Positions 50,666-62,009 of a stretch of 64,000 nt of DNA are shown piece by piece. Source of the DNA: Nitrospirota bacterium (GTDB lineage Bacteria > Nitrospirota > Nitrospiria > Nitrospirales > NS-4); the NCBI GenBank assembly GCA_963788195.1, contig CAWBGA010000005.1, positions 194,701-258,700 on the forward strand. The letters are read 5' to 3'. The translations under genes and the position numbers were made by a program. The notes under the pieces were generated by a model, which worked only from the letters and a program-made list of their open reading frames with translations, was not told the origin of the DNA and made no database searches. Numbering within the stretch: the stretch's first letter is position 1; each line of letters starts with the position of its first letter.

Positions 50666-51462
50666 TCACCGTCCGATCTCGGCCAGCGGTTCGTGAGTCA
50701 CCATGATGGCGCCGCGGGGATTGTCGTCCAGTTGATTCCCCTTTGTAAGCTCGCCTCGCGGAGGAGTGGTCTCGCATTCCGGCGTGGTCACGAACCCCCA
50801 GTGCTGGTTGTCGCGGCAGACGTTCTCCAGCACCAGCGCTTCGGCATGGTGAAACATCAGGATGCCGCTCAGCATGTTGTCGTGGCACGTGTTGCGCACG
50901 AAGTCGGGGTGCGTACCGGGATCGCGCGCCGCAAGCCCGAAGTGATGGTTTGCGATAGCACAGGTTTTGCGAGATGTAGGGACGGGCCTCGGCAAACACG
51001 AAAATGCCGGACTCGCGGTTGTGAGATACCTCGTTGTCGATCAGAGTAGGCCGGCAGAGGGGGCCGTAGATAACCACGCCGGAGAGAATACCTTCAACGG
51101 CGCGGCATCTGCTGATGGTGCAGGTGGAGTCCAGGATGTTCAAAACCGAATTCTGGTCGCTGCCGACATAGCGAAAGGTGATCCCCGTGATGCGGCCGCT
51201 CGGGACGTTCTGCAGATAGAGCGGCCCGCCGCGCCGGCAGAAGATCTGTACGGCGTCCCGGCCGGCCCCGCTCAGAATAATTGGCCGATCCGAGACGAAG
51301 ATCTTATCCTCGTAAACACCGGGCTTGATGAAGATCTGATCGTCCGGCCCGGCGTGCTTGAGCGCGGCGCTAGGGCCGTTCGTAGGCCGACGAGTCCTTC
51401 GCGTCCACGATGAGGGTCGCGCCGCCGGCGGGATTGGGTGGAGGGTCGTCGAGGATTTCCAT
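50666..51462 (-). CDS. Right-handed parallel beta-helix protein (several frameshifts)
   Basis: I.IKPG.Y, repeated N....N..SGI motifs across fragments. Confidence 0.7.
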
Positions 51463-51738
51463 GCACGGAATGATTTACACGGCGACTATACCTTGGTCAA
51501 GCGAGGCTCTCATGCTATTCTGCTGCAGCGCAGGGTCAGACAACGTCCCACTCAAGCCAGTTCGTAGCGGTTATGTGCAGCTCGTCGTGGTTTGTATGAG
51601 AGGCTTTTCAGAGCTAACCCAGTGCCCGCCCGGAGACCTCAGAAAATCGAATCTGACCCTTATTGTTGTCTCCGTCCTTCGCGAGGTCTCGACGAAAAGT
51701 ATACTTTCAGCACCCAACGCGAACGTATTCCGCGAACT

Positions 51739-53455
51739 TCACTTGCTGTCCGCTTGGACGAAGAAAACCAGTGCCGTATGCGGTGGGATTTCCGTGACCC
51801 CACGAGCCGGTGTTTCACGGACCGAGACAGCTTTTATGACGGTGCTGGTCGTCAAAGCAGTGCGCTTGCCATTCACAGTTGTGGAATCGACGGACAATGC
51901 CATGAAGGCTAACGTGTCGGGCATTCCCGGCCGTTTTTCACGGGACAGTTTCAGCATGACCTCGGTGCCCTTCGCCAATACGGTCTGTCCAAAGAACAGC
52001 GCTGGCTTGTCGAGTTCCGCACGATACGTCCGGCTCTCATCCTGGCTGAGGAGATCGATTGCCTCGATTGTCATGACTGCCAGTTGTGTGCCGGCAGGGA
52101 TCACCGAAGGGCCGGCGGCCGGAGCCGGGGTGGTGGTCGCATCGCCGGGCACTCCCGGTGGCGTCGCGTTTGGAGTGATCGGCACCCTCGCCATTCCCCG
52201 CGGTGTTGGTACGGGCGCTCCCGCGCTCGCGCTGTCCCCTGTCCCAGGACCATTCGGAATGCCACGGAATTCATCAGCCAATTGCTGCGCGATCTGGCAG
52301 TGGATATTGGTGGGAGGCTGACCACCCAGTTTCATCTTCTCACAGGCGGTCTCGTAACCGAACGGGCCGCCCAGCAATTGATCTTTCCCCGAGATTGCCT
52401 GCTGTTGATCGCGAGGATCATGCGTCGCCTGGTACGACATCCAGCTTTGCTTGGTCTTTTGGTATAGAGCGTAGCGATGCTTCCCATGACCCGTTCCAAG
52501 GGTATGTGGGCCGCAGGCAAGGCGGCCTGATCGATCTTGCTCTGTCCCAGCCTCCGCGATTCGCCGACCTTCTGGCGCGCGTCCGCTAATGTCGGGGGCA
52601 CGTCGTGACGGCCGCGTCACCAAACTTGGCCAAGGGATGCTTGCGCGACAGCTTCATAAGATCTGCCATGGGAATGGGAACTTCCTTATACCAAAATGTC
52701 ACCGTTTCGGAGCCGGTGCTGTCCGGATTGGTCGGGCCGTACTGGCAGTCCGAAAGCTGCGCTCCCCTGGCCTCAAGATCGCCGATCTGGCGCAGCGCCT
52801 CTGGTTGCGCAGGGAGCTCCACATCTTTCGACACGGTACTTTCCAGGGCCTGCCGGTTCACGACTGCAATCGATTGCTTCATCAGACCGGTCTCTTTGCT
52901 GTGGTCTTTGATCGCATACCAGGCAATGCGCTGCTCCAGCAGCTTGATGATATTTTGGCGAATCCTCTCCACCCGCGGGCTCTGGCAGCCGTGTTCATCG
53001 ATCTCCATCGCCATAGCCATCGCATTCGGACCGAGCGCAAACACGTCCCCCGGCTTCTTGGCCGCCAGGTCCATGACGCTCAAAGCCATGAACTGCGCAC
53101 TGGGAAATGTCCCGGTCTGCCTATCGGTATTGAGGAACCGCGTATACTTCATCGACAACGCCAGCGACATGTCGTCACCAAGCAGCGAACACTTTTCACG
53201 TCTTTTCTCGTCATACCGAAATGCATACATCACGGTTTGTAAATCCATCCGGCCCTCATTGTCATCACTGATGTGCGCAAAATCCGCGTTGTAGAGCTTG
53301 GTGATCAGATCGCGATCAGAGTGAAATGGCCACCCCACCGCCGCCAAACTTGGCGCGTGAACAGCAAAGAAAGCAGCAAGGGAGAGCGAAACCAGATGGA
53401 GCAGATTCCGAGGAAGTTTCACTCCAGAGGCGAGAGCCATAATAGAAGAATACAT
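51739..53455 (-). CDS. Exported hypothetical protein with C-terminal VirB10/TrbI-like beta domain (frameshift near 52590)
   Basis: Signal peptide; ORFs 52586-53455 and 51739-52623 join; Pro-rich linker then IPAGT...GQTVL.KGT. Confidence 0.55.
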
Positions 53456-53602
53456 AGATACCTCCGCGGGAGAGAGGTATTGTGCGGTTTGAGAGCAAGA
53501 CTCTAGGCGCGAGCTGGCTTCAAAGTCAAGACGACAAGCACGCAGCGTCGCGCGCGCGCGATCCGCTCCGCAGCCGTGAATATGGACTCTGACCCCACTT
53601 CT

Positions 53603-56056
53603 TCAACATGCGCTCGGCGACAATCCCATGTTAACTGCGAAGCCGCTCAAGGCACAGGCGGACTTCCGGTTTTTTTGGGCAAGCATTAAAACATCGCCGA
53701 GACTCATGTTCGCCAGTTTATCTTCAGAATCGGGGGCAAGGACGTCCATCCCGAGCGTCATGGACATCATGGCGAGGAGACTGTTGCCCAATTTCACCAA
53801 ACCCGCGCCCGGTGGCGGCGTCGGTATCGCCGGAAGCTTTCCTTGGGCTGCCTTCTCTTGGTATCGGGCCGCCTTGTCACGCATCCACTCCAGATCGCTG
53901 CCGCCGCACGTTTTGGCTTTTGCAAACCAACTTTCCGCCTGTTGCTTGTCCTGCGGGACACCGTCTCCGTTGAAGTAGAGACCTCCGATATTCATCATGG
54001 CCACGCAGTCGCCACCTTGTGCTGCCAGTTGGTACTCCTCCATCGCCTTTTGGTAGTAGTAGGGCTTCCCTCCTCCCATCCATCCTTTGTTCCAGAGATA
54101 CCCCAAGTTCAGGTGGCCTTCCGGATCGCCGGCCTTCGCCGCTTCCCGGGCCCATATTTGGGCACGCTGCGCGCTCGTGTCTGTCTTGACCGCTAAATAG
54201 GCGGAGGACAGCTGAGCCATGGCAGGCACAAAGCCTGCCGTCGCGGCTTTGCGAAACTCAGTCACCGCGGCAGCATCATTCTGATTCATCCCTCGTCCAT
54301 CGCGATAAAGGAGCGCCAGTGCAAAAGAGGCCTCAGATTGGCCGCTGTTTGAGGCTTCCTGGTACCAATAGGCGGCGGCGGGATAATCCGGCTTTGGGAT
54401 CCCGTCCGGTCCGATGATGCCGTTCTCGTAAAAGTTGCCGAGCGCGAATTGCGCCTTCGCACTGCCCTTTTCGGCTTTGGCGGTGAGATCGAACTTCAGC
54501 TGCTCGATTGGACTGGGCTTCGCGGGACGCGGACCCAGCACGGGCTTCGTGAAGGGAGACGGCGGGACGTACCGAAATCCGGTCTTCGCCGCAGTGCCCA
54601 GCGCCTTCGCCGCAAGAGCCTTTGCTTGGTCCAGCGTGATGTTCCCACCGATCAGCAACGTCACTTTGCCGCCGCTAAAGACGGATAACCCAGCTCCGCT
54701 GGTACCAGGCATTTGACCGACCCAAAACGCTGAGTCACCCACATCTGGAACGTTGATTGGAGTTTCATATGTGGTTTCGTCGATGCGCTTCTGGAATTGC
54801 TCCACCGCTGTCGGATTCGGAGTCGCTGCATAGGTGACGGCGATCACGATATCGAGTCGCTTTTTCAATGGAACTGGCGGAGCGGCCACGGTGGGCGGCG
54901 ACGCCGGAGCGGACGGTGTCGCCGGTGTCGCCACCGTAAAGCGCAGCTTCGTGTCGAACGGAATGCCTCCTCCTTCGAGCGCGTTCGGTTCTTTCGTGAC
55001 CGTGAACAGGAGCTCGTCGCTCTTCACATCCGCGTGCTTGCCGTCGGGCATTTCGGCCCGGTCGGTCGTCAGGCCGATTTGAACGGTTCCGGGACGTGTG
55101 CCGGGACCAACGATGCGGGTCTTGAGTGTAATGTGCGTGTTCACAGGCAGCACCGTCTGTCCGCCGACCGCCACCGCCTGCTCGAGGCGTACATCGGTAT
55201 ACTGGCTGGCTGCGACGTTGGTGGCATACAGTCCGCCGCTGAGCCTCGTGTTGAGCACTGTGCCCGCCGGGATCGGCAACTGCCGTCCAGGAGAAATCAC
55301 GACATTGGGCGGCGCGAAGAACTTCGCAGGAAGCTCCGCCATCGCAGCAGGGGCAGACACCGCCTGAATCGCCTGAATCTCTTGAGGATTCAGCCGTACG
55401 CCCGGACACGATTGCGCCACATAGTTGTATTCCGGATTCTTCCGCTTCTGGTACGCCATGAGGAAAGCCGATGCTTTATTGCACATCGCCTGTAGCATGT
55501 CGTGCCGATTCATGCAGTAGTCGAAGAATGGCATCGCCGAGCTCGAACCCTTCGTGTAGTCGTTCCCCTGAAAGCAGTATTCGATCGCGGCCTTGCGATT
55601 CGCGCTGATTTCTTTGGCGTCGTACTCTTTGATGCAGGCCATCACTTCAGCCTTCGTCTTCGCTTGACCGGCCTCGCCCATGAGCGCTTTAATCTCGTCG
55701 GCCGTCAGGTAGTTCTGCAGAATGGGAAACCCAGTTGTCATCGCCTTGCAGTGCGCGATGATCGAGACCTTTGCTCGATCCTCGGACATCATGTAGAAGC
55801 CCGCACGGAAGGCTTGTGGGCCGAGCTTGGCAGCGAGGGATATCTGCTCGCTCTCGTAGTCATCGGTAGGCGCCACATTGGTGTAGGCGCAACTCTGGGG
55901 ATTGTGGGAGTTCACCTGGAGCGATTGTCCGAGAATCGCCTCGACATCCGCTTGGCTCACCAGGTCGCAAGCATTCTTATTCTGCCCATACACTTCGGAG
56001 CTGACGCTGACGAAACACAATAAGAATAGAACGCGCATGGTCTTATGTCTCATCAT
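53603..56056 (-). CDS. Large exported SEL1-like repeat protein
   Basis: Signal peptide; AQFALG.FY..G, A..LA..Y..G.G, AM.NIG.LY..G.GV..D...A..WF repeats. Confidence 0.82.
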   Translation of the reverse strand: MMRHKTMRVLFLLCFVSVSSEVYGQNKNACDLVSQADVEAILGQSLQVNSHNPQSCAYTNVAPTDDYESEQISLAAKLGPQAFRAGFYMMSEDRAKVSIIAHCKAMTTGFPILQNYLTADEIKALMGEAGQAKTKAEVMACIKEYDAKEISANRKAAIEYCFQGNDYTKGSSSAMPFFDYCMNRHDMLQAMCNKASAFLMAYQKRKNPEYNYVAQSCPGVRLNPQEIQAIQAVSAPAAMAELPAKFFAPPNVVISPGRQLPIPAGTVLNTRLSGGLYATNVAASQYTDVRLEQAVAVGGQTVLPVNTHITLKTRIVGPGTRPGTVQIGLTTDRAEMPDGKHADVKSDELLFTVTKEPNALEGGGIPFDTKLRFTVATPATPSAPASPPTVAAPPVPLKKRLDIVIAVTYAATPNPTAVEQFQKRIDETTYETPINVPDVGDSAFWVGQMPGTSGAGLSVFSGGKVTLLIGGNITLDQAKALAAKALGTAAKTGFRYVPPSPFTKPVLGPRPAKPSPIEQLKFDLTAKAEKGSAKAQFALGNFYENGIIGPDGIPKPDYPAAAYWYQEASNSGQSEASFALALLYRDGRGMNQNDAAAVTEFRKAATAGFVPAMAQLSSAYLAVKTDTSAQRAQIWAREAAKAGDPEGHLNLGYLWNKGWMGGGKPYYYQKAMEEYQLAAQGGDCVAMMNIGGLYFNGDGVPQDKQQAESWFAKAKTCGGSDLEWMRDKAARYQEKAAQGKLPAIPTPPPGAGLVKLGNSLLAMMSMTLGMDVLAPDSEDKLANMSLGDVLMLAQKNRKSACALSGFAVNMGLSPSAC

Positions 56057-56078
56057 CACACCCCCCCACGCTTCCTCA

Positions 56079-57794
56079 TCACTTGCGCAATTCGCCCGCG
56101 CCGTCTGGATAGAGCGGCGCCAGCGCTTTGAGGTCATTCAGAATCTTGTTCGCCTGATCGGTTGTCTCCACAAAAAAGGACAGTGACGGATTGGCATTGT
56201 CCTCGAACCGGACGCACTGGCCGTTCTTGCAGGGGATACTGAGAATCTTGCAACCGCCGCGATCCTGAATCTGTGCACCCGCGAGCGACAGATTGGCAAT
56301 GGCCGCTCCCTGCGCATACCCTTGCTCTGATCGCGTGGAAAGCACGTAACGCGATGCGATCACACCGGCATCGTCCATCTCGAAACCAGGGGACATCACC
56401 GACCACAAAAGATTTTCCTTTGACGCACCTGCGTACAACTGACAACTCTTCACCGTTCCGAGCGTGTTCTTGATGTCCGCGATGGTGGTCGACGCAGGTG
56501 TCTGCGTCACCGGATGCTGAGTTCTGGGTCGCAGGGGCGGCGCGCCGGTGGCTTTGTCGAGCAGTGAGTCGGGAATTTGCGTCCCGTTGGTATAGCGCCA
56601 CCCACCCTGCTCGAGCTGCACATCCCCGCCGAGGATCATCCTTCCGATCGGTGCTGAACCCGGCGCACTCCGGACGACGGCCAGTTGCGCACCAGGCAGG
56701 TTCGGCCGCTCATGTGCGGCATGGCGGAGGTCCGAATCGAATTCCTTGAAGATCGCTCGACGAGACAGACGGGCAAACCACTCCTCGTCGGCAGCCTCGG
56801 CGTTGGTAAAGGTCATGACGGCGGACGACTGGAGTGTCACCGGTTTCCGGAACAGTTCGCCGTTCAATTCAAAGACGGCGTTGGCCTCTTTCAGGGAGAC
56901 CTGATGGATCACATGGTAGACCGGTACCGCGCCGGGATCTTTTTGGATGCGGCAATGAAACTCGTGTTCCACAGTGAGAGGCGGTTGCGCCACCTGCCGC
57001 GTCCATTTCAACTGCTGAAACTCGCGAGTCCACAATTCACGGAGCGTCGGCCCACCCGCGCACTTGGGCTCTTTAAAGTGAGACGTCACTGCCAGTTTAG
57101 GCTCGTAGTCAAGGTCCAGGATGAGGCTGGAATCCATCGGCGTATCGGTACGCATGACGCGCGTGAAATCGGCGTTGCCCCACGTTTTCTCCTGCTCAGA
57201 CCACGACTGCGGCGGAAACGGTGTATTGTCCACTGTGGTGTTGGTCTCGATGGCGTTGAGGCTATCGACGACACCCTGAGCAAACTGCTGGCGAAGCCTT
57301 TTTCCCGTTTCCTCGTTGAGGAGCAGCCGCTGAAGCTCGGTCGGCTCAATGACGTAGGTGGCCCACCAGGCGCTCGTGGGGGCCACAGGCAGTGCGTGGA
57401 ATTTGCCGTTTCTCCATACGGCGCCGCGCACAAAGAACTGCAGTGTCAGAAAATAGTCGTGACGAACGACGGGCTCGTCGGCGTTTATGGTGCTCCGCCG
57501 TTCATGCGACAGTGTGACCTCAAGCGCCACGGGCGAGTTGGGCCGCACCACGATCCCACGATTGGCGAGCGCGTTTTGGATGAAGTCTCGCGCCTGGGCG
57601 GCCGAGAGGTACTCGTTCAAGGGATCGCCTGTGCCGTGCAGGGTCAGCGAGACCTGCTTGAGGGAATGCAGGAACTGACTGGGCGTCATGTACCTGGCCT
57701 GTGTGACGTCAACTGCGGCCAAGGCCGAATGGGCCGAGAGAAGCCCTAAGTACGCTGCCGCAGCGACGACGATCACAACAAGTCGGGCCAACAT
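56079..57794 (-). CDS. Exported hypothetical protein
   Basis: 571 aa ORF with signal peptide and GAGG RBS. Confidence 0.7.
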   Translation of the reverse strand: MLARLVVIVVAAAAYLGLLSAHSALAAVDVTQARYMTPSQFLHSLKQVSLTLHGTGDPLNEYLSAAQARDFIQNALANRGIVVRPNSPVALEVTLSHERRSTINADEPVVRHDYFLTLQFFVRGAVWRNGKFHALPVAPTSAWWATYVIEPTELQRLLLNEETGKRLRQQFAQGVVDSLNAIETNTTVDNTPFPPQSWSEQEKTWGNADFTRVMRTDTPMDSSLILDLDYEPKLAVTSHFKEPKCAGGPTLRELWTREFQQLKWTRQVAQPPLTVEHEFHCRIQKDPGAVPVYHVIHQVSLKEANAVFELNGELFRKPVTLQSSAVMTFTNAEAADEEWFARLSRRAIFKEFDSDLRHAAHERPNLPGAQLAVVRSAPGSAPIGRMILGGDVQLEQGGWRYTNGTQIPDSLLDKATGAPPLRPRTQHPVTQTPASTTIADIKNTLGTVKSCQLYAGASKENLLWSVMSPGFEMDDAGVIASRYVLSTRSEQGYAQGAAIANLSLAGAQIQDRGGCKILSIPCKNGQCVRFEDNANPSLSFFVETTDQANKILNDLKALAPLYPDGAGELRK

Positions 57795-57867
57795 GGCATC
57801 CTCAGTCACGCAAGGACGAGTCGAAAATGATTTCCTGCCCAGACGAGCGCTGCCCTGGAGATTCGCT

Positions 57868-58110
57868 TCATGTCGATGCACCCCCCGTGTTCCCCTTGTT
57901 CCACTTGTCACTCCAAGGGGGATCGCGCTCGATCCTACCTGATTTCCACATCTCATCGAGTTCGACAAGCCGAGCTATAAGTTCGTTGCGTCGTTTTACG
58001 AGTTTTTGATACTCAGGGCTCCCAGGCATGACAGTCTTAAACGGATCCGCCATTCCTCCAAGTTCCATGAGGATAGCCGAATTCGCGTCCATGAATTCAC
58101 TACTGTCCAT
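57868..58110 (-). CDS. Small hypothetical protein
   Basis: AAAGGAGAG RBS, 80 aa ORF. Confidence 0.55.
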   Translation of the reverse strand: MDSSEFMDANSAILMELGGMADPFKTVMPGSPEYQKLVKRRNELIARLVELDEMWKSGRIERDPPWSDKWNKGNTGGAST

Positions 58111-58139
58111 GTTCCTCTCCTTTAGCGGTAGCGCCGAGA

Positions 58140-58565
58140 TCAGAAGGGCCAGGGATTGAACCTCGGACCGCCTGTATGATGCGCAAAGGCGTACGTTTGA
58201 GCCACCCAGCGGGAATCGAAGAAGACCTGGAACACGTCCGTTCCCAGTCCGCCGCCCGAGAGCACCAGATCAGGTGAGACCGGTAAGAAGAACCGGGCCG
58301 GCCAGGCCAGGTTGATTCTTGTGTGCTTGGCGTCGCGGAAGTGATAGGCCACGACGGCTCCCAGCGCCGTATTGGTCAATGCGTCGGGTGCGCCGAGGCG
58401 CGTGACGATCTCCTTGAAAGTCGTTTCCCCCGGCACAATAAAGACCACATCTTGCGGGGCGATGCGGTCGTTGACCGTCACTCTGGTCGTGCTGATAAAC
58501 CCACAGCCCGTTAAGGACAGCAGTACGATCAGGATGCCGGTCGCCAGCCAGTGCGTGTTTTCCAT
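58140..58565 (-). CDS. Lipoprotein, SmpA/BamE-like
   Basis: Lipobox LTGC; I.PGETT..EI...LGAPD. Confidence 0.7.
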   Translation of the reverse strand: MENTHWLATGILIVLLSLTGCGFISTTRVTVNDRIAPQDVVFIVPGETTFKEIVTRLGAPDALTNTALGAVVAYHFRDAKHTRINLAWPARFFLPVSPDLVLSGGGLGTDVFQVFFDSRWVAQTYAFAHHTGGPRFNPWPF

Positions 58566-58575
58566 CGCCGGCATG

Positions 58576-59007
58576 TCAGTCTCCAAATGGCCAGTACTGA
58601 AACTTGAGCTGCTTGGTGCGCTTCCCAAACACTACATCATCGACCACGCCGTTCTGGTTGAAGAACACATACAGATCGTCGCTTTTGATATTCATGCGGG
58701 AAAAGTTTACAAGGATGAGCAGTAAGCTCCCGCCCTTGACGTCGTATCGGTAGTACTGGAACACATCCTGGCCGTTCGCCTGGGCAATTCGATCCGGCGC
58801 ACCCAACCGTGCGACCACCTCCGTCCTGGTGGTCTCTCCCTTTTTGAGCGCCGCCACATCCTCGTCCTTGACCTCATCTCCCAAAGTGCCTCTGCTATAG
58901 GCGCATCCGTTCAGCAGGGTCATCGCTAAAACGAGCAGACCACCGAACATCGTCCATCGCCTATATGGCCTGCTTCTTGGGCTCTGATCTGTCTTGAACA
59001 TTCCCAT
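58576..59007 (-). CDS. Lipoprotein, SmpA/BamE-like
   Basis: Lipobox LNGC; GETTR.EV...LGAPD; paralogous to the downstream gene. Confidence 0.75.
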   Translation of the reverse strand: MGMFKTDQSPRSRPYRRWTMFGGLLVLAMTLLNGCAYSRGTLGDEVKDEDVAALKKGETTRTEVVARLGAPDRIAQANGQDVFQYYRYDVKGGSLLLILVNFSRMNIKSDDLYVFFNQNGVVDDVVFGKRTKQLKFQYWPFGD

Positions 59008-59112
59008 TGCGTCTCCTCAATTGTGCAATAACCGTTCAACCATCTCACAATGCTGGACCATGACACAAACGCGGGTTGTCGGTCGGCGCTGCGTCGGTTA
59101 CAATGAACCTCT

Positions 59113-61711
59113 ATGCCTGAGTTTCCCGCGATCATCATCAAGGGCGCGCGCGAGCACAATCTCAAGAACCTGGACCTGGTCCTTCCTCGCGACAAGCTTA
59201 TCGTGATCACCGGCCTCTCCGGTTCCGGCAAATCATCTCTCGCCTTTGACACGATCTATGCCGAGGGCCAGCGCCGCTATGTCGAGTCGCTCTCCGCCTA
59301 CGCCCGGCAATTTCTCGAGCAGATGGATAAGCCGGACGTCGATTCCATCGAAGGGCTCTCGCCGGCGATCTCCATTGAACAGAGAACCACTTCGCGCAAT
59401 CCCCGGTCCACAGTGGGAACCGTCACCGAGATCTATGATTATCTGCGGCTGCTCTTTGCCCGAATCGGTCGGCCCCATTGTCCTGAATGCGGCGAACTGA
59501 TCGCCGCGCAGACGGTCCAGCAAATGGTCGATGCGCTCATGGCCCTGCCTGCCGGGGCGAAACTCATGGTGCTGGCGCCCATTGTGAGAGATCGCAAAGG
59601 CGAATATCGCAAGGAACTTCAGGACGCGCGGCGCGCAGGTTTTATTCGCGCTCGGGTCGACGGCGTGCTGCACGATTTGGCCGACGACGATGTGTCCCTG
59701 GACAAGCAGAAAAAGCACACAATCGAAATCGTCGTAGACCGCGTCGTGATCAAGCCCGATGATGCCACCACGCGCAGGCTGGCGGATTCGCTGGAGGTTG
59801 CGCTGAAACATGCCGACTGGCCTGGTCGGCATCGCGATTGACGGAGCAAAAGACCGGATCTACAGCGAGAAACTCGCCTGCGTGCGCTGCGGGATCAGCT
59901 ATCCCGAGCTGACACCGCGCCTGTTTTCGTTCAACAGCCCGCATGGGGCGTGCCCGGCGTGCGACGGGCTCGGCCATGAACCGCCCGCAGATGGCATAGC
60001 GTCCGAATGGGGCGGCGGATACGACGACGAGGATTATGCGGACCTTGTGACCTGTTCCGTCTGCAAAGGGGACCGTCTGAAACCGGAAAGCCTGTCGGTC
60101 CTGATCCATCGACACTCGATTGCGGACGTAACACGGCTGTCGATCCGGGCGGCCGCGGCATACTTTGATCGGCTTAAGCTTACCGAACGAGAGCAGATGA
60201 TTGCGCCCCGCATTTTAAAAGAAATCAGAGAGCGGCTTGGATTCCTGATTAACGTCGGCCTTGACTATCTCACGCTGGATCGGGCCGCAGCGACCCTGTC
60301 GGGTGGCGAAGGGCAGCGGATTCGGCTGGCGACGCAAATCGGCTCCGGGCTTGTAGGTGTTCTGTATATCCTGGACGAGCCGTCCATTGGTCTACACCAG
60401 CGCGACAATCAGCGCTTACTCGATACCCTGTTTCGGCTTCGCGATCTGGGCAATACCGTGATCGTGGTGGAGCATGATGCCGAAACCATGCGCCGGGCTG
60501 ATTACCTGCTGGATCTTGGGCCGGGAGCCGGAGTTCACGGTGGCGCGATCGTCGCGAAGGGCACGCCGGCGGAGGTGATGGCCAATAAGGCGTCTCTTAC
60601 AGGGCGATACCTGCGCGGGGATATGACCGTGGCGCTACCGCACCGGATACGGATGCCGGACCGCTATCTGTCGGTTGTCGGCGCCAGGGAACACAACTTA
60701 AAGAACATCACGATCAAGATTCCGCTGGGCTTACTCACGTGTGTCACGGGGGTCTCGGGCTCAGGGAAGAGCACTCTCGTCTTCGATGTGCTGTACAGGA
60801 GTCTCCATCAGCTGCTGTATGGCGGCAAAGTTCGCACGGCTCCTCCGACATCCATTACCAGCAAGTTTTGGAAGCGCCGGATCGAAAACCGCGCCTGGTT
60901 GTCGGGGTGTGCAGACATCAAGGGGGCAGAGCAGATCGACAAGGTGATCAATATCGACCAGTCGCCCATCGGCCGCACTCCCCGCTCAAATCCGGCGACG
61001 TACACGGGGCTGTTCGGTTCAATTCGCGACCTCTTCTCAAATCTGCCCGAGTCCCGGGTGCGTGGCTACAAACCTGGACGCTACTCGTTCAATGTCAAAG
61101 GCGGAAGATGCGAAGCCTGCGAGGGGGACGGTCTGATCAAAATCGAAATGCATTTCCTGCCGGATGTATATGTCATGTGCGAGGTATGCAAAGGGCGCCG
61201 TTACAACCGAGAAACGCTCGAGGTGCTGTATAAAGACAAAAGCATTGCGGACATCCTGGCGATGACCGTTGAGGAGGCGCTGGAATTCTTTAAGCACCTG
61301 CCATCGATCTCAGCCAAGCTGATCACCCTCTATGACGTCGGGCTCGGGTATATCAAGCTTGGGCAGTCCGCGACCACCTTGTCGGGGGGAGAGGCGCAAC
61401 GGGTCAAGCTCTCGCGGGAACTCTCCAAGCGGGCGACAGGCCGGACCCTCTACATTCTGGATGAACCAACCACGGGACTGCATTTCGCAGACATTCAAAA
61501 GCTGCTGGATGTGCTGAATCGTCTCGTGGAGTCTGGAAACACGGTGCTGATCATCGAGCACAATCTCGATGTCGTTCGAAACGCCGATTGGATCATTGAT
61601 CTCGGGCCGGAAGGCGGCGACCGAGGAGGGGAGCTGGTGGGAGCGGGTACGCCCCAGGAACTGGGCCGATTGAAAACCTCTTTAACCGGCCAGGTTTTGC
61701 GGGAGTCTTAG
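59113..61711 (+). CDS. uvrA: Excinuclease ABC subunit A (frameshift near 59815)
   Basis: GAREHNLKN twice, [16 protein letters not shown] twice, LDEP, zinc-finger cysteines. Confidence 0.96.
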
Positions 61712-61721
61712 GGCACAACAA

Positions 61722-62009
61722 TCACCGGGAACGCTTGGGAACGGGAGACAGGTCATTCTCGATGGCGTAGCGAACCATCTGTGCAACGTTCCTGATCCCC
61801 AACCGACGACCGATGTTTACACGATGAGTTTCAGCAGTGCGCGGACTGATCCCCAGCTTCTCGCCGATCTGTCGGCTTGTCAATCCGTTCGCCACCAGGT
61901 TCAACACCTGGCGCTCCCGGCTCGTTAAACGTGGGATGACCCGGCGTGAGCTCTTTGCATCGCCCGTGCCGTCCGATTGCTTTGATTTCCCGGTCCGCCG
62001 TGCCATCAT
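61722..62009 (-). CDS. Stand-alone LuxR-type HTH regulator
   Basis: LTSRERQVL.LVA.G.TS.QI...L.IS.RT.ETHR.NI..L. Confidence 0.9.
   Translation of the reverse strand: MMARRTGKSKQSDGTGDAKSSRRVIPRLTSRERQVLNLVANGLTSRQIGEKLGISPRTAETHRVNIGRRLGIRNVAQMVRYAIENDLSPVPKRSR

Noticed and set aside
50052..51143. Beta-helix/phosphatidyltransferase fusion (363 aa ORF)
   Set aside because: The middle part is off-frame sequence produced by a frameshift near 50955; two separate genes fit better
51360..51380. In-frame TAG readthrough in the beta-helix gene
   Set aside because: The coding sequence continues in a different frame, which fits an indel rather than recoding
35500..58100. Integron cassette array
   Set aside because: Genes are mostly co-oriented and unrelated, but there is no integrase and I found no convincing attC (RYYYAAC...GTTRRRY hairpin of adequate length)
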